Below are positions 47,493-57,379 of a DNA stretch of 64,000 nucleotides, one piece after another. The DNA is taken from IMG/VR virus record IMGVR_UViG_3300038317_000166, one strand, 5' to 3'. Position numbers and translations under genes: made by a program. This DNA is from an uncultured virus (IMG/VR IMGVR_UViG_3300038317_000166). Lineage: Duplodnaviria; Heunggongvirae; Uroviricota; Caudoviricetes. The notes below the pieces were generated by a model. That model made no database searches and was not told the origin of the DNA. It saw nothing but the letters and a program-made list of their open reading frames with translations. Numbering within the stretch: the stretch's first letter is position 1; every line of letters begins with the position of its first letter.

Positions 47493-47774
47493 ATGAGAGA
47501 AAAAGCAATTGAGAAAAAACTGGTTCAGGAAGTAAAAGTGGTTGGCGGTATCGCACCGAAGTTCACAAGCCCTGGCTTTGACGGTATGCCCGACCGCATC
47601 GTACTTTTACCGGGTGGACACATGGGTTTCGTGGAAGCAAAGGCTCCCGGTGAAAAGCCGAGACCCCTGCAACTGGCAAGACACAGATTACTACGAGGGC
47701 TTGGTTTCAGAGTTTATGTTTTGGAGGACGAGCGGCAGATTGGAGAAATTCTTGATGAAATACGAACCACATAA
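47493..47774 (+). CDS. VRR-NUC domain nuclease
   Basis: PGFDGMPDR, FVEAKAPG..RPLQ. Confidence 0.9.
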   Translation: MREKAIEKKLVQEVKVVGGIAPKFTSPGFDGMPDRIVLLPGGHMGFVEAKAPGEKPRPLQLARHRLLRGLGFRVYVLEDERQIGEILDEIRTT

Positions 47775-49122
47775 CTATCAGAAATACGCCATCGGCTACA
47801 TCGAAGATCACCCCATCGCCGCCGTTCTGCTGGATATGGGCCTTGGCAAGACGAGCATCACGCTGACGGCGCTGAATGATCTGTTGTTTGATAGCTTCGA
47901 GGCGCACCGCATTCTTGTGATCGCCCCACTGAGAGTGGCACGGGACACATGGCCTGCTGAAGCAGATAAGTGGGACCACCTGAAGAACCTCATCTGCTCC
48001 GTGGCAGTCGGCTCCGAAGCAGAGCGCCGTGCAGCACTGATAAAACCAGCCGACATTTACATCATTAATAGAGAAAACATCCAATGGCTCATTGAGGAAA
48101 GCAAGCTACCGTTCAACTTTGACACTGTCGTGGTTGACGAGCTGTCTTCCTTTAAAAACTACCAAGCAAAGCGCTTCCGAGCGCTGATGAAGGTGCGACC
48201 CACGGTAAAACGCATCATCGGATTAACCGGAACACCAAGCAGCAACGGCCTCATGGATTTGTGGGCTGAGTTCCGACTGCTGGATTTGGGCGCTCGTCTC
48301 GGACGGTTCATCAGCCACTACCGGCTTGACTACTTCATGCCAGACAAGCGAAATGGTCAGGTCATCTTCAGCTACAAGCCGCTCCCAGGCGCCGAGCAAC
48401 GGATCTATGACAAAATCTCTGACATCACCATTTCCATGCGGTCTACCGATCTTCTGAAAATGCCGGAGCTGATCAGCAGCGAATACACCGTCTGCCTCTC
48501 CGAAGAAGAGCGCCAGCGTTATGATGATCTGAAAAGCAAGCTCGTGCTACAGCTCCCGGATGGCGACATCACCGCTGCAAACGCCGCCGCTCTCACCGGG
48601 AAGCTGTGCCAGATGGCAAACGGCGCGATATATACCGACGACAGCAGCGCCCTTACCATCCATGAACGAAAGCTGGACGCACTGGAGGATATCATCGAAG
48701 CCGCTGGTGGCAAGCCGCTTCTTGTGGCCTACTGGTTTAAGCACGACCTTGCCCGGATCACCGAGCGGCTGCACAAGCTCCATATCCCGTTTTCCAAGTT
48801 GGACAGCGCCGACAGTATCCGCAGATGGAACACCGGTGAACTGCCCGTGGCACTAATCCACCCCGCCTCCGCCGGTCACGGACTGAACCTTCAAAGCGGC
48901 GGCTCCTGCATTGTCTGGTTTGGGCTGACCTGGTCACTGGAATTATATCAGCAGACCAACGCCCGACTCTGGCGGCAGGGCCAAAGCGCCGAAACGGTTG
49001 TGGTGCAGCACATCGTCGCCAAAGGCACGATCGACGAGCGGATTTTGAAGGTGTTGTCCAAGAAGGACAGCACTCAGGCCGCTTTGATAGAGGCGGTAAA
49101 GGCCGAAGTCTCAGTAAACTGA
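47755..49122 (+). CDS. SNF2-family helicase (intact)
   Basis: DMGLGKT, DELS, GLTGTP, HGLNLQ, QTNARL.RQGQ. Confidence 0.93.
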   Translation: MKYEPHNYQKYAIGYIEDHPIAAVLLDMGLGKTSITLTALNDLLFDSFEAHRILVIAPLRVARDTWPAEADKWDHLKNLICSVAVGSEAERRAALIKPADIYIINRENIQWLIEESKLPFNFDTVVVDELSSFKNYQAKRFRALMKVRPTVKRIIGLTGTPSSNGLMDLWAEFRLLDLGARLGRFISHYRLDYFMPDKRNGQVIFSYKPLPGAEQRIYDKISDITISMRSTDLLKMPELISSEYTVCLSEEERQRYDDLKSKLVLQLPDGDITAANAAALTGKLCQMANGAIYTDDSSALTIHERKLDALEDIIEAAGGKPLLVAYWFKHDLARITERLHKLHIPFSKLDSADSIRRWNTGELPVALIHPASAGHGLNLQSGGSCIVWFGLTWSLELYQQTNARLWRQGQSAETVVVQHIVAKGTIDERILKVLSKKDSTQAALIEAVKAEVSVN

Positions 49123-49193
49123 GACAGCACATCTGAGAAAATCTATGACAATCCGTGCCAATCCGAGAGAAATAAAAATCGGAGGTACAGATT

Positions 49194-49391
49194 ATGAACA
49201 ACCCCTATGAGAACCTTGCAAACGCCATTGTGCTGCAGGCCGTGAAGGATTACCGGCTTCACGATGACGAGCGTGAGCTTGCCAGCATTGAGCGTTTCTT
49301 CCGTTCCGGTTGGTTCGGTGTGTTGACCGGCCTTGACCCGGAGCTGCTGATCTCCAAGCTGAGAAAGGAGAAGATGTGCTATGACTACTAA
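49194..49391 (+). CDS. Conserved phage hypothetical protein
   Basis: Paralog of 6111..6335. Confidence 0.8.
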   Translation: MNNPYENLANAIVLQAVKDYRLHDDERELASIERFFRSGWFGVLTGLDPELLISKLRKEKMCYDY

Positions 49392-49815
49392 GACCTACCT
49401 TTCTCAGGCGCGTTACCTTGATATGCGTATCAAATCAAAGCTACAGCAGATCGATTCACTGAACGAGCTGGCAACAACCTGTACGTCAGTGCTGACCGGT
49501 ATGCCCCGCAATCCCAGCGGTTCAACCTCCCGAATGGCAGACGCCATTTGTAAAATTGTTGACCTGCAGAATGAAATCAACCGTGACATCGATAAGCTGG
49601 TTGACCTCAAGAAAGAAATCATGGGCGTCATCAAAGCAGTATCCAACCCGGAACACCAGACCCTTTTGGAGAAGCGTTATCTCTGTTTCCTGTCTTGGGA
49701 GAAAATTGCTGTGGACATGGGTTATGACCTGCGATACACACATAAGCTCCACAACTGGGCGCTGGAGGAATGTAGCATTCCCGCTTCGCCGGAAGTGGAC
49801 ACGAAAAGACACTGA
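49381..49815 (+). CDS. RinA/ArpU-like (DUF1492) late activator
   Basis: KTYLSQA, LLEKRY..SWEKIA..MGY HTH. Confidence 0.8.
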   Translation: MTTKTYLSQARYLDMRIKSKLQQIDSLNELATTCTSVLTGMPRNPSGSTSRMADAICKIVDLQNEINRDIDKLVDLKKEIMGVIKAVSNPEHQTLLEKRYLCFLSWEKIAVDMGYDLRYTHKLHNWALEECSIPASPEVDTKRH

Positions 49816-49847
49816 AAGACACCTGCCACTTATGATAGTATTATAAT
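49798..49847 (+). promoter_or_regulatory. Late promoter with three GACAC repeats at 10-bp spacing
   Basis: GACAC at 49798, 49808 and 49818; TATAAT at 49842. Confidence 0.65.
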
Positions 49848-49925
49848 CAGGAAAGCAGAATGAAGATGAGCCTTGTGGGAGTAATCCCGCAGGGCTTTCT
49901 TTATGCCCCGAAGGAGGTGAACCGA

Positions 49926-50291
49926 ATGCCATACAAACCCAAACGTCCCTGCGCATACCCCGGCTGCGGTCGGCTTGCTGTACGCGAGCAATACTGTGCC
50001 GAGCATCAGAAGGTCATGGACAAACGCTACAACCAGTACGAGCGCGATCCTGCGTCAAATAAACGGTACGGCCGTAGCTGGAAACGAATCCGTGATCGTT
50101 ACATCAAGGCACACCCTCTTTGCGAGGAATGCCAAAAGCAAGGAAAGCTAACGCCCGCCGAGGAGGTGCACCACATTCTCCCGCTCTCTAAGGGCGGCAA
50201 CAGCAATGCCGAGAACCTCATGGCTCTTTGCAAAGCCTGTCACTCTCGTATCACTGCCGAGAGCGGCGACCGATGGGGAAAAGGATGTTGA
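49926..50291 (+). CDS. Packaging HNH endonuclease
   Basis: PC.YPGC, CEEC, EVHH, LCKACH; RBS AAGGAGGTG. Confidence 0.92.
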   Translation: MPYKPKRPCAYPGCGRLAVREQYCAEHQKVMDKRYNQYERDPASNKRYGRSWKRIRDRYIKAHPLCEECQKQGKLTPAEEVHHILPLSKGGNSNAENLMALCKACHSRITAESGDRWGKGC

Positions 50292-50352
50292 AAGAGGCAT
50301 CGTTTACATTTTGGTACGATGCCTCAAAGCAATCCATTTTTCATGGTCTCTC

Positions 50353-50435
50353 CCGGTGGGGGTATCAAAATCTCTAAAACAAAAAAATCTGGACAGCGGC
50401 GTGGGGCTTCGTGTTGAAAAACGCGATTTCAAACG
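50353..50435 (+). other. Candidate cos/packaging site
   Basis: Non-coding block conserved with 5225-5307, between HNH and terS. Confidence 0.6.
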
Positions 50436-50471
50436 GTGGAATAGCCCCAGCGCACAAGGAGTGTGATGAAT

Positions 50472-51023
50472 ATGGCGAAAGACGGCACTTGCAGAGGCGG
50501 TGCTCGCATCGGTGCAGGCGCAAAAAAGAAGCCTCTCGCCGACAAAATATCCGCCGGCAATCCAGGCGGCAGAAAATTAACTGTGATGGAGTTTTCTGAC
50601 ACGGCAAATCTGCAAGGCAATGAAATGCCGGAACCAAACAAAATGCTCGAAGCCGTGCAAAAGGACGGCAAGACGCTTGTGGCAGCAGAGATTTACAAAA
50701 ACACATGGCAATGGCTGAATGAGCGTGGCTGTGCGGCACTCGTTTCCCCACAGCTTTTGGAACGCTACGCCATGAGCGTAGCCCGGTGGATTCAATGCGA
50801 GGAAGCGGTTACCGAATATGGCTTTCTGGCCAAACACCCCACAACGGGCAATGCCATTCAAAGTCCTTATGTGGCAATGGGCCAGAACTACATGAATCAG
50901 ACGAACCGTCTGTGGATGGAAATCTTCCAGATCGTCAAGGAAAACTGCACCGGCGAGTATGGCGGAGCTAATCCGCAGGATGATGTGATGGAGCGGTTAC
51001 TTACCGCTCGGAAAGGCGGCTGA
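50472..51023 (+). CDS. terS: Terminase small subunit (P27 family)
   Basis: Near-identical to 4636..5187. Confidence 0.85.
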   Translation: MAKDGTCRGGARIGAGAKKKPLADKISAGNPGGRKLTVMEFSDTANLQGNEMPEPNKMLEAVQKDGKTLVAAEIYKNTWQWLNERGCAALVSPQLLERYAMSVARWIQCEEAVTEYGFLAKHPTTGNAIQSPYVAMGQNYMNQTNRLWMEIFQIVKENCTGEYGGANPQDDVMERLLTARKGG

Positions 51024-51028
51024 AAGCT

Positions 51029-52261
51029 ATGCTGATAGAAAAGATTCAGACCGATCGGCTTGTTCCCGCCGATTATAATCCTCGCAAAGACCTCAAGCCT
51101 GGCGATCCGGAATATGAGAAGTTGAAACGCTCTCTTGAGGAATTCGGCTATGTTGAACCTGTTATATGGAATAAAACCACCTCCCATGTCGTTGGGGGCC
51201 ATCAGAGATTAAAGGTGCTGCTTAATATGGGCGTCACCAAGGTCGATTGCGTAGTTGTCGAGATGGACGCTGAAAAGGAAAAGGCGCTCAATGTTGCGCT
51301 CAATAAAATTAGCGGTGACTGGGATAAAGACAAGCTGGCTCTGCTCATTGCAGATTTGCAGGGTGCGGACTTTGATGTGTCGCTCACGGGCTTCGACCCC
51401 GGAGAAATTGACGACCTGTTCAAGGACTCGCTCAAGGACGGTATCCACGACGATGATTTTGATGTTGACGCGGAACTGCAAAAGCCCGCCGTTACAAAGC
51501 TCGGTGATATCTGGACGCTTGGCCGCCATCGGCTGGTCTGCGGCGATTCTACCAAAGCCGACACCTTCACCGCTCTGATGGACGGGAAGCTCGCAAATCT
51601 GGTGGTGACCGATCCGCCATACAATGTCAATTATGAAGGAACGGCGGGCAAAATCAAAAATGACAATATGGGTAACGAAGCGTTCTATGACTTCCTGCTT
51701 GCGGCGTTTACAAACACCGAAGTGGCGATGGCGCAGGACGCTTCCATTTATGTGTTCCATGCCGACACTGAAGGGCTGAACTTCCGAAAAGCGTTCTCGG
51801 ACGCGGGCTTTCAGCTTTCCGGGTGCTGCATCTGGAAAAAGCCGTCGCTGGTTCTGGGACGCTCGCCCTATCAGTGGCAGCATGAACCTGTCCTATTCGG
51901 CTGGAAGAAGAAAGGCAAGCACAACTGGTATGCTGACCGCAAGCAGACCACCATCTGGGAATTTGAAAAGCCAAAGAAGAATGCCGACCACCCCACCATG
52001 AAGCCGATTGCGCTGCTGGCATATCCCATTATGAACAGCAGCCTAACGAACTGTATCGTTCTTGATCCCTTCGGCGGTAGCGGGTCCACACTCATCGCCT
52101 GTGAGCAGTCTGATAGGATTTGCTTCACCATAGAGCTTGATGAGAAATACTGCGATGTCATTATAAAACGGTATATTGAGCAAGTCGGCAGTGCAGACGG
52201 TGTTTCCGTTATCCGCGATGGTGTCACGATGAAATATGCGGATGTGGCTGTCGATGAGTAA
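51029..52261 (+). CDS. ParB-N domain fused to N4/N6 DNA methyltransferase
   Basis: YNPRK, GGHQR, TDPPY, HPTMKP, DPFGGSGST. Confidence 0.95.
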   Translation: MLIEKIQTDRLVPADYNPRKDLKPGDPEYEKLKRSLEEFGYVEPVIWNKTTSHVVGGHQRLKVLLNMGVTKVDCVVVEMDAEKEKALNVALNKISGDWDKDKLALLIADLQGADFDVSLTGFDPGEIDDLFKDSLKDGIHDDDFDVDAELQKPAVTKLGDIWTLGRHRLVCGDSTKADTFTALMDGKLANLVVTDPPYNVNYEGTAGKIKNDNMGNEAFYDFLLAAFTNTEVAMAQDASIYVFHADTEGLNFRKAFSDAGFQLSGCCIWKKPSLVLGRSPYQWQHEPVLFGWKKKGKHNWYADRKQTTIWEFEKPKKNADHPTMKPIALLAYPIMNSSLTNCIVLDPFGGSGSTLIACEQSDRICFTIELDEKYCDVIIKRYIEQVGSADGVSVIRDGVTMKYADVAVDE

Positions 52262-52358
52262 ACTCATGCTTGGTTCTCGTTCCAACGGAGATGCCCTGCC
52301 ATACACCTGTTTTGTTCTGTCCGGCATTGTGTTATCTACACAAGAAACCGCCGAATAA
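52254..52358 (+). pseudogene. 34-codon remnant of the C5 methyltransferase (internal deletion)
   Basis: MSKLMLGS-RS-NGDALPYTCFVLSGIVLSTQETAE* joins the two ends of the left MTase (MHNLTLGS / NGVALPCVYFVLSGIVFSIQDTAE*) at the syntenic position. Confidence 0.85.
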
Positions 52359-52456
52359 TCGGTACAGTATTCTCCACAGGAATCGCATTAAACCGTTGCT
52401 ATATCAGCGGTTTAGAGTGATTAATGTAATACCGAAAAAGAAAGGCGGTTTGAAAA

Positions 52457-53365
52457 ATGGAACTCAAATACAATGTAACAGGCAGTGCACGCAAATCATT
52501 GATCGGAGCGATCAGCACGGCACTGGGTGCCCCAACTAACTACCTCGGTGCTCCTACCTTCGCCTACGAGGTCGGAGGTTACCGCATCGATAAGGACGGA
52601 ACGCTTATGGGTCCAGATAACCTTGACTTGGAGGATTCGCTCCATCAAGCGGGCTTTGACGCAGACGGCAACAGTCGCAAGTATGACGAAGCCGACATCT
52701 ACGAGAGCGGGCTTAGCGGCATGAGTGCGCTTGACGAATTTCCGGATATTGACCAGCACCACCCCGGACAGTATGTCAACCCCGATGCGCCCATTACCGA
52801 CACCATGCAAAGACAACTGGACGAAGTACTTGCCTTTGAGGACCTTAGGATGGATGGTCGTGAGGAATTGGGGCTGGTAATTGAAATGCCACGCTCCTCA
52901 TTCACCGACGCAGCACTCGACAACCTCAAGAAGCTGGTCGAAAGCAAAGGCAGCCTTATTAAAAAGGCACTCGGCGCGGAAACGCTCGAACTTGAAATAA
53001 CAGATGACAAGGTGCGGTTCCCTTGGTTTGAGGACGGCACAGACCCTGAAGCAGTCAAGGCATACACGCATTTAGTGGCTGCACTCTGCGAGATGGCGAG
53101 GGCGCAAAAGCGTGTCACCGCAAAGGAAAAGGATACCGATAACGATAAATACGCTTTCCGCTGCTTTCTCCTGCGACTCGGCTTCATAGGCTCGGCATAC
53201 AAAGAGGAACGGAAAATTCTGCTGCAGAATCTCTCCGGCAGCTCGGCTTTCAAGGACGGACAGAAAAAAGGCTTCTCGCAGGATGAACTTGATAAAGCAA
53301 AAGCCGACCCCACTATACGCGCCGAAATCAAAGCCATTTTGGGAGGAAACGACGATGAACAATAA
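52457..53365 (+). CDS. Phage 'virulence-related' hypothetical protein
   Basis: YLGAPTFAYEVG, NDKYAFRCFLLRLGFIG..YK..RK.LL.NL.G.SAF. Confidence 0.8.
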   Translation: MELKYNVTGSARKSLIGAISTALGAPTNYLGAPTFAYEVGGYRIDKDGTLMGPDNLDLEDSLHQAGFDADGNSRKYDEADIYESGLSGMSALDEFPDIDQHHPGQYVNPDAPITDTMQRQLDEVLAFEDLRMDGREELGLVIEMPRSSFTDAALDNLKKLVESKGSLIKKALGAETLELEITDDKVRFPWFEDGTDPEAVKAYTHLVAALCEMARAQKRVTAKEKDTDNDKYAFRCFLLRLGFIGSAYKEERKILLQNLSGSSAFKDGQKKGFSQDELDKAKADPTIRAEIKAILGGNDDEQ

Positions 53366-53591
53366 TTTTCCATCAAGAGAAACCGTTGAGCGTATCCGAA
53401 AACAGTACCCGATCGGCTGCCGTGTGGAGCTTCTCCGCATGGACGATGTTCAAGCGCCACCCATCGGCACAAAAGGTATCGTGCAGTATGTTGATGATCT
53501 CGGCAGCCTGGGTGTTGCGTGGGACAACGGGAGTTCGCTCCAAGTGGTGTACGGCGAGGACCTTTGCAGGAGATGCGACGATGACAAATAA
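53355..53591 (+). CDS. DUF4314-like protein
   Basis: YP.G.RVEL..MDD.QAPP.GT.G.V..VDD.G...V.WD.GS.L. Confidence 0.8.
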   Translation: MNNNFPSRETVERIRKQYPIGCRVELLRMDDVQAPPIGTKGIVQYVDDLGSLGVAWDNGSSLQVVYGEDLCRRCDDDK

Positions 53592-53757
53592 GGTACGCGA
53601 GCAAATCCTCGCCATCCGCAATACCGGGCTGACAAATATGTTTGATGTCAATGCCGTTCAGCGCATGGCCCATGAAATGAACTTATTTGAACTGGTGGTT
53701 TTCCTGGAGGAGCATAAGGACCAATACGTCCGCTTCATCCTCACGGGCGAGGAATAG
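53581..53757 (+). CDS. DUF5049-like small protein
   Basis: EQILAIR.TGLTNMFD..VQ..A...ELV. Confidence 0.75.
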   Translation: MTNKVREQILAIRNTGLTNMFDVNAVQRMAHEMNLFELVVFLEEHKDQYVRFILTGEE

Positions 53758-53910
53758 CAGGTGCATACTACACAATTCAACCGGCGATATTCGCTTGAAA
53801 GATCGTGTAGTTTATGCCCGGATTTATCGCGTAATTGTCTGGATATAGTGTGCTTTCAGAGTTAATATGTGACTACCGAAAGGGAAAACACACAAACGGA
53901 GGAAACGAAA

Positions 53911-54090
53911 ATGACCGAAAAACAGATTAAGCAAATCGAAAGTCAGCTGCCGCAGGGCGAGAAAATCGACAGAATGTACACCGCCTTTGAGGGCGGCATC
54001 CGGGTGATTACCAAGAACGCTGACGGCTACGAAATTCGCTACAACGTGAGCTTCGATGCCGACGGCAACGTCAGCATCAAGAGGTTTTAA
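53911..54090 (+). CDS. Small hypothetical protein
   Basis: RBS GGAGG before ATG 53911; own promoter-like motif upstream. Confidence 0.7.
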   Translation: MTEKQIKQIESQLPQGEKIDRMYTAFEGGIRVITKNADGYEIRYNVSFDADGNVSIKRF

Positions 54091-54103
54091 GGAGGACGCG
54101 ACC

Positions 54104-54331
54104 ATGTGGAAAGAAGGTAGCCTGAAAATTCACGACAGCGTTTTTCATTACTGGATGAAGCAGTATGACGAAGGCTCACAATTTAGTATTAACGGCGGCA
54201 GAATCAGCAAGTTGATGCTCAAGCGTAACGGCAAAATCGTGTGCAACTACGACAGAGGCTGGGATGTGGAGCCCTCTGACCCAGACGCACGGCTTGCCCT
54301 TGAACTTCTGCTGCACAGCGAAAACTACTAA
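54104..54331 (+). CDS. Small conserved phage protein
   Basis: K.YDE.S.F.I.GGRISKL..YDRGWD; RBS AAGGAGG. Confidence 0.78.
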   Translation: MWKEGSLKIHDSVFHYWMKQYDEGSQFSINGGRISKLMLKRNGKIVCNYDRGWDVEPSDPDARLALELLLHSENY

Positions 54332-54447
54332 CCCGCGCTAATAAGATAGCCGAGATTCCGCCCTGCATGGGGCTGTATCTCGTACAGATAAATTTTGAAG
54401 GACTGCCGATGGCGGTCTATTTTTATGCCCGAAAGGAGGCGGTCGAT

Positions 54448-56049
54448 ATCCGTAAACTAAAAAAATACAAATCGACACGGTTTAAAGCCACGGATTCCGT
54501 TTACGACAAAACCGCCGCCGACTATGCCGTAGCTTTTGTTGAAGCTCTCTGCCATACCAAAGGCACCTGGGCCGGAAAGCCCTTCGAGCTTATCGATTGG
54601 CAGGAACAGATTATCCGTGATATTTTTGGAACCCTCAAACCCAATGGCTACCGCCAGTTCAACACCGCCTTTGTAGAAATTCCGAAAAAGATGGGCAAGT
54701 CCGAGCTTGCGGCTGCTGTCGCACTGCTTCTCACCTGCGGGGATAACGAAGAACGCGCCGAGGTCTATGGCTGTGCCGCAGACCGAAATCAAGCGTCCAT
54801 TGTTTTTAATGTGGCAGCAGATATGGTTCGAATGTGTCCGGCGCTCTCAAAGCGTGTAAAAATACTGGACGCAACCAAGCGGCTCATCTATCAGCCGACC
54901 GGCAGCATCTATCAGGTGCTTTCCGCCGACGTCGGAAACAAGCACGGTTTTAACACCCACGGTGTTGTATTTGATGAACTGCACACCCAGCCAAACAGAA
55001 AACTATATGACGTTATGACCAAGGGCAGCGGCGATGCGAGAATGCAGCCGCTGTATTTTTTGATCACCACTGCCGGGGATAACCAGAACAGCATCTGTTG
55101 GGAGGTCCATCAGAAGGCACTGGATATTATTGATGGCAGAAAGCACGACCCTACCTTCTACCCAGTAATTTACGGCGCGGCACAGGAGGACGATTGGACA
55201 GACCCCAAGGTGTGGAAAAAAGCAAATCCCTCCCTCGGCATCACGGTAGGGATGGATAAGGTCAGAGCTGCATTTGAATCGGCAAAGCAGAACCCAGCTG
55301 AGGAGAACAGCTTTCGGCAGCTCCGACTGAACCAATGGGTAAAACAGGCGGTGCGCTGGATGCCGATGGACAAATGGGATGCCTGCGCATTTCCCGTGGA
55401 TGAAAAGCTGCTTGAAGGGCGGGTCTGCTATGGCGGACTTGACCTCTCGTCCTCTACCGATATCACAGCGTTCGTACTGGTATTCCCTCCGGCAGATGAG
55501 GCAGATAAATACGCCATACTGCCGTACTTCTGGATACCGGAGGACAATATTGACCTGCGTGTCCGGCGCGATCATGTGAATTATGATGTCTGGAAAAATC
55601 AAGGATTCCTGCAAACTACCGAGGGCAACGTGGTGCATTACGGCTACATCGAGCAGTTTATTGAAGCCCTCGGCGAGAAATACAACATCCGTGAAATCGC
55701 GTTCGACCGCTGGGGCGCGGTGCAGATGACGCAGAATCTTGAAACGCTCGGTTTCTCGGTCGTGCCGTTCGGACAGGGCTTTAAGGATATGAGCCCTCCC
55801 ACTAAGGAACTGATGAAGCTGACGCTGGAAGAAAAACTCGCCCACGGCGGCCACCCGGTGCTCCGCTGGATGATGGACAACATCTATATACGCACCGACC
55901 CGGCTGGAAATATCAAAGCAGATAAGGAAAAATCCACAGAGAAAATCGACGGCGCAGTCGCTACTATTATGGCGCTCGATCGGGCGATTCGCTGCGGCAA
56001 CGATACGGGCGAAAGCGTGTATGACACACGCGGACTGCTCGTTTTTTAA
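54448..56049 (+). CDS. terL: Terminase large subunit; start uncertain (possibly ATC)
   Basis: PKKMGKS, VFDELH, ITTAG, GLDLS, KIDGAVA. Confidence 0.93.
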   Translation: MRKLKKYKSTRFKATDSVYDKTAADYAVAFVEALCHTKGTWAGKPFELIDWQEQIIRDIFGTLKPNGYRQFNTAFVEIPKKMGKSELAAAVALLLTCGDNEERAEVYGCAADRNQASIVFNVAADMVRMCPALSKRVKILDATKRLIYQPTGSIYQVLSADVGNKHGFNTHGVVFDELHTQPNRKLYDVMTKGSGDARMQPLYFLITTAGDNQNSICWEVHQKALDIIDGRKHDPTFYPVIYGAAQEDDWTDPKVWKKANPSLGITVGMDKVRAAFESAKQNPAEENSFRQLRLNQWVKQAVRWMPMDKWDACAFPVDEKLLEGRVCYGGLDLSSSTDITAFVLVFPPADEADKYAILPYFWIPEDNIDLRVRRDHVNYDVWKNQGFLQTTEGNVVHYGYIEQFIEALGEKYNIREIAFDRWGAVQMTQNLETLGFSVVPFGQGFKDMSPPTKELMKLTLEEKLAHGGHPVLRWMMDNIYIRTDPAGNIKADKEKSTEKIDGAVATIMALDRAIRCGNDTGESVYDTRGLLVF

Positions 56050-56065
56050 TTGGAGGGAACTGCCT

Positions 56066-57379
56066 ATGAACATCTTTCAAGGAATTTTCAAAGCCCGTGA
56101 TAAGCCTAAGAACTTAGGCAGCACCAGCTTTTTGTGGGGCGGCTCGTCCTCCGGCAAGGTCGTTAACGAAAGAACGGCCATGCAAATGACAGCGGTTTAC
56201 TCTTGTGTCCGTATATTATCCGAAGCAATCGCGGGCCTGCCGCTGTTTGTATATAAATATGGCGACGACGGCAGCAAGGACAAATATCTCGACCACCCGC
56301 TGTGGCGTGTGCTGCACGATGAACCAAACCCGGAAATGACGTCGTTTGTTTTCCGGGAGACCATGATGAACCATCTGCTGCTGACGGGCAATGCCTACGC
56401 ACAGATTATCCGAAACGCTCGCGGCGATGTCGTGGCGCTATATCCCCTCATGCCTGACCGCATGACTGTTGACCGGGATTCGCAGGGACGGCTGTATTAT
56501 CGCTACAGAAAAAATAGCGATGACGCGCCGGAGGTCAGCAGGAACAAGCCGAGCGATGTCATCCTCGCACCAAGCGATGTGCTGCACATTCTCGGTTTGG
56601 GCTTTGACGGACTGGTCGGCTACTCGCCGATTGCAATGGCAAAAAACGCTGTGGGTCTTGCTATCGCTGCCGAGGAATATGGTGCTAAATTCTTTGCCAA
56701 CGGTGCAGCGCCGAGCGGCGTGTTGGAGCACCCCGGCACCATAAAGGACCCAGAGCGGATAAGGCAAAGCTGGCAGTCAACCTTCGGCGGCAGCGTCAAT
56801 AGCAACAAAATCGCCGTACTTGAGGAAGGGCTCAAGTATACGCCTATCGCCATTTCTCCCGAACAAGCGCAGTTTTTGGAGACGCGGAAATTTCAGATCA
56901 ATGAGATAGCTCGAATTTTCAGAGTCCCGCCCCATATGTTGGCGGATCTCGAGAAGTCGAGCTTTTCTAATATTGAGCAGCAGTCGCTGGAGTTTGTGAA
57001 ATACACGCTCGACCCGTGGGTCGTTCGCTGGGAACAGGCAATGAATAAGTCGCTCTTGCTCGAAAGCGAAAAGCGTGATGTGTTTACAAAATTTAATGTA
57101 GACGGACTGCTTCGCGGCGACTATGCCAGCCGTATGACAGGTTACGCGACGGCGCGGCAGAACGGCTGGATGAGCGCAAACGATATCAGACAGCTTGAGA
57201 ATCTCGATCGGATACCTGCGGAGCTCGGCGGCGACCTATACCTTATCAATGGCGCGATGACCAAATTGCAGGACGCTGGCGCGTTCGCAAATACAACTTC
57301 AACAGAAACGGAGGAAACCTCAGATGGACAAAACAAATCGGGTACAAAGCCCAGGCAAAGTTCCCGTCAGGGCGCGTGA
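56066..57379 (+). CDS. HK97-family portal protein
   Basis: AVYSCV..LS..IA.LP, PN.EMT, GNAYA, G.SPI, EIARIFRVP. Confidence 0.95.
   Translation: MNIFQGIFKARDKPKNLGSTSFLWGGSSSGKVVNERTAMQMTAVYSCVRILSEAIAGLPLFVYKYGDDGSKDKYLDHPLWRVLHDEPNPEMTSFVFRETMMNHLLLTGNAYAQIIRNARGDVVALYPLMPDRMTVDRDSQGRLYYRYRKNSDDAPEVSRNKPSDVILAPSDVLHILGLGFDGLVGYSPIAMAKNAVGLAIAAEEYGAKFFANGAAPSGVLEHPGTIKDPERIRQSWQSTFGGSVNSNKIAVLEEGLKYTPIAISPEQAQFLETRKFQINEIARIFRVPPHMLADLEKSSFSNIEQQSLEFVKYTLDPWVVRWEQAMNKSLLLESEKRDVFTKFNVDGLLRGDYASRMTGYATARQNGWMSANDIRQLENLDRIPAELGGDLYLINGAMTKLQDAGAFANTTSTETEETSDGQNKSGTKPRQSSRQGA

Noticed and set aside
52699..53673. 324-aa minus-strand ORF
   Set aside because: Ser-rich antisense shadow of three well-supported plus-strand genes
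55003..56073. 356-aa minus-strand ORF
   Set aside because: Antisense shadow of terL in GC-rich sequence
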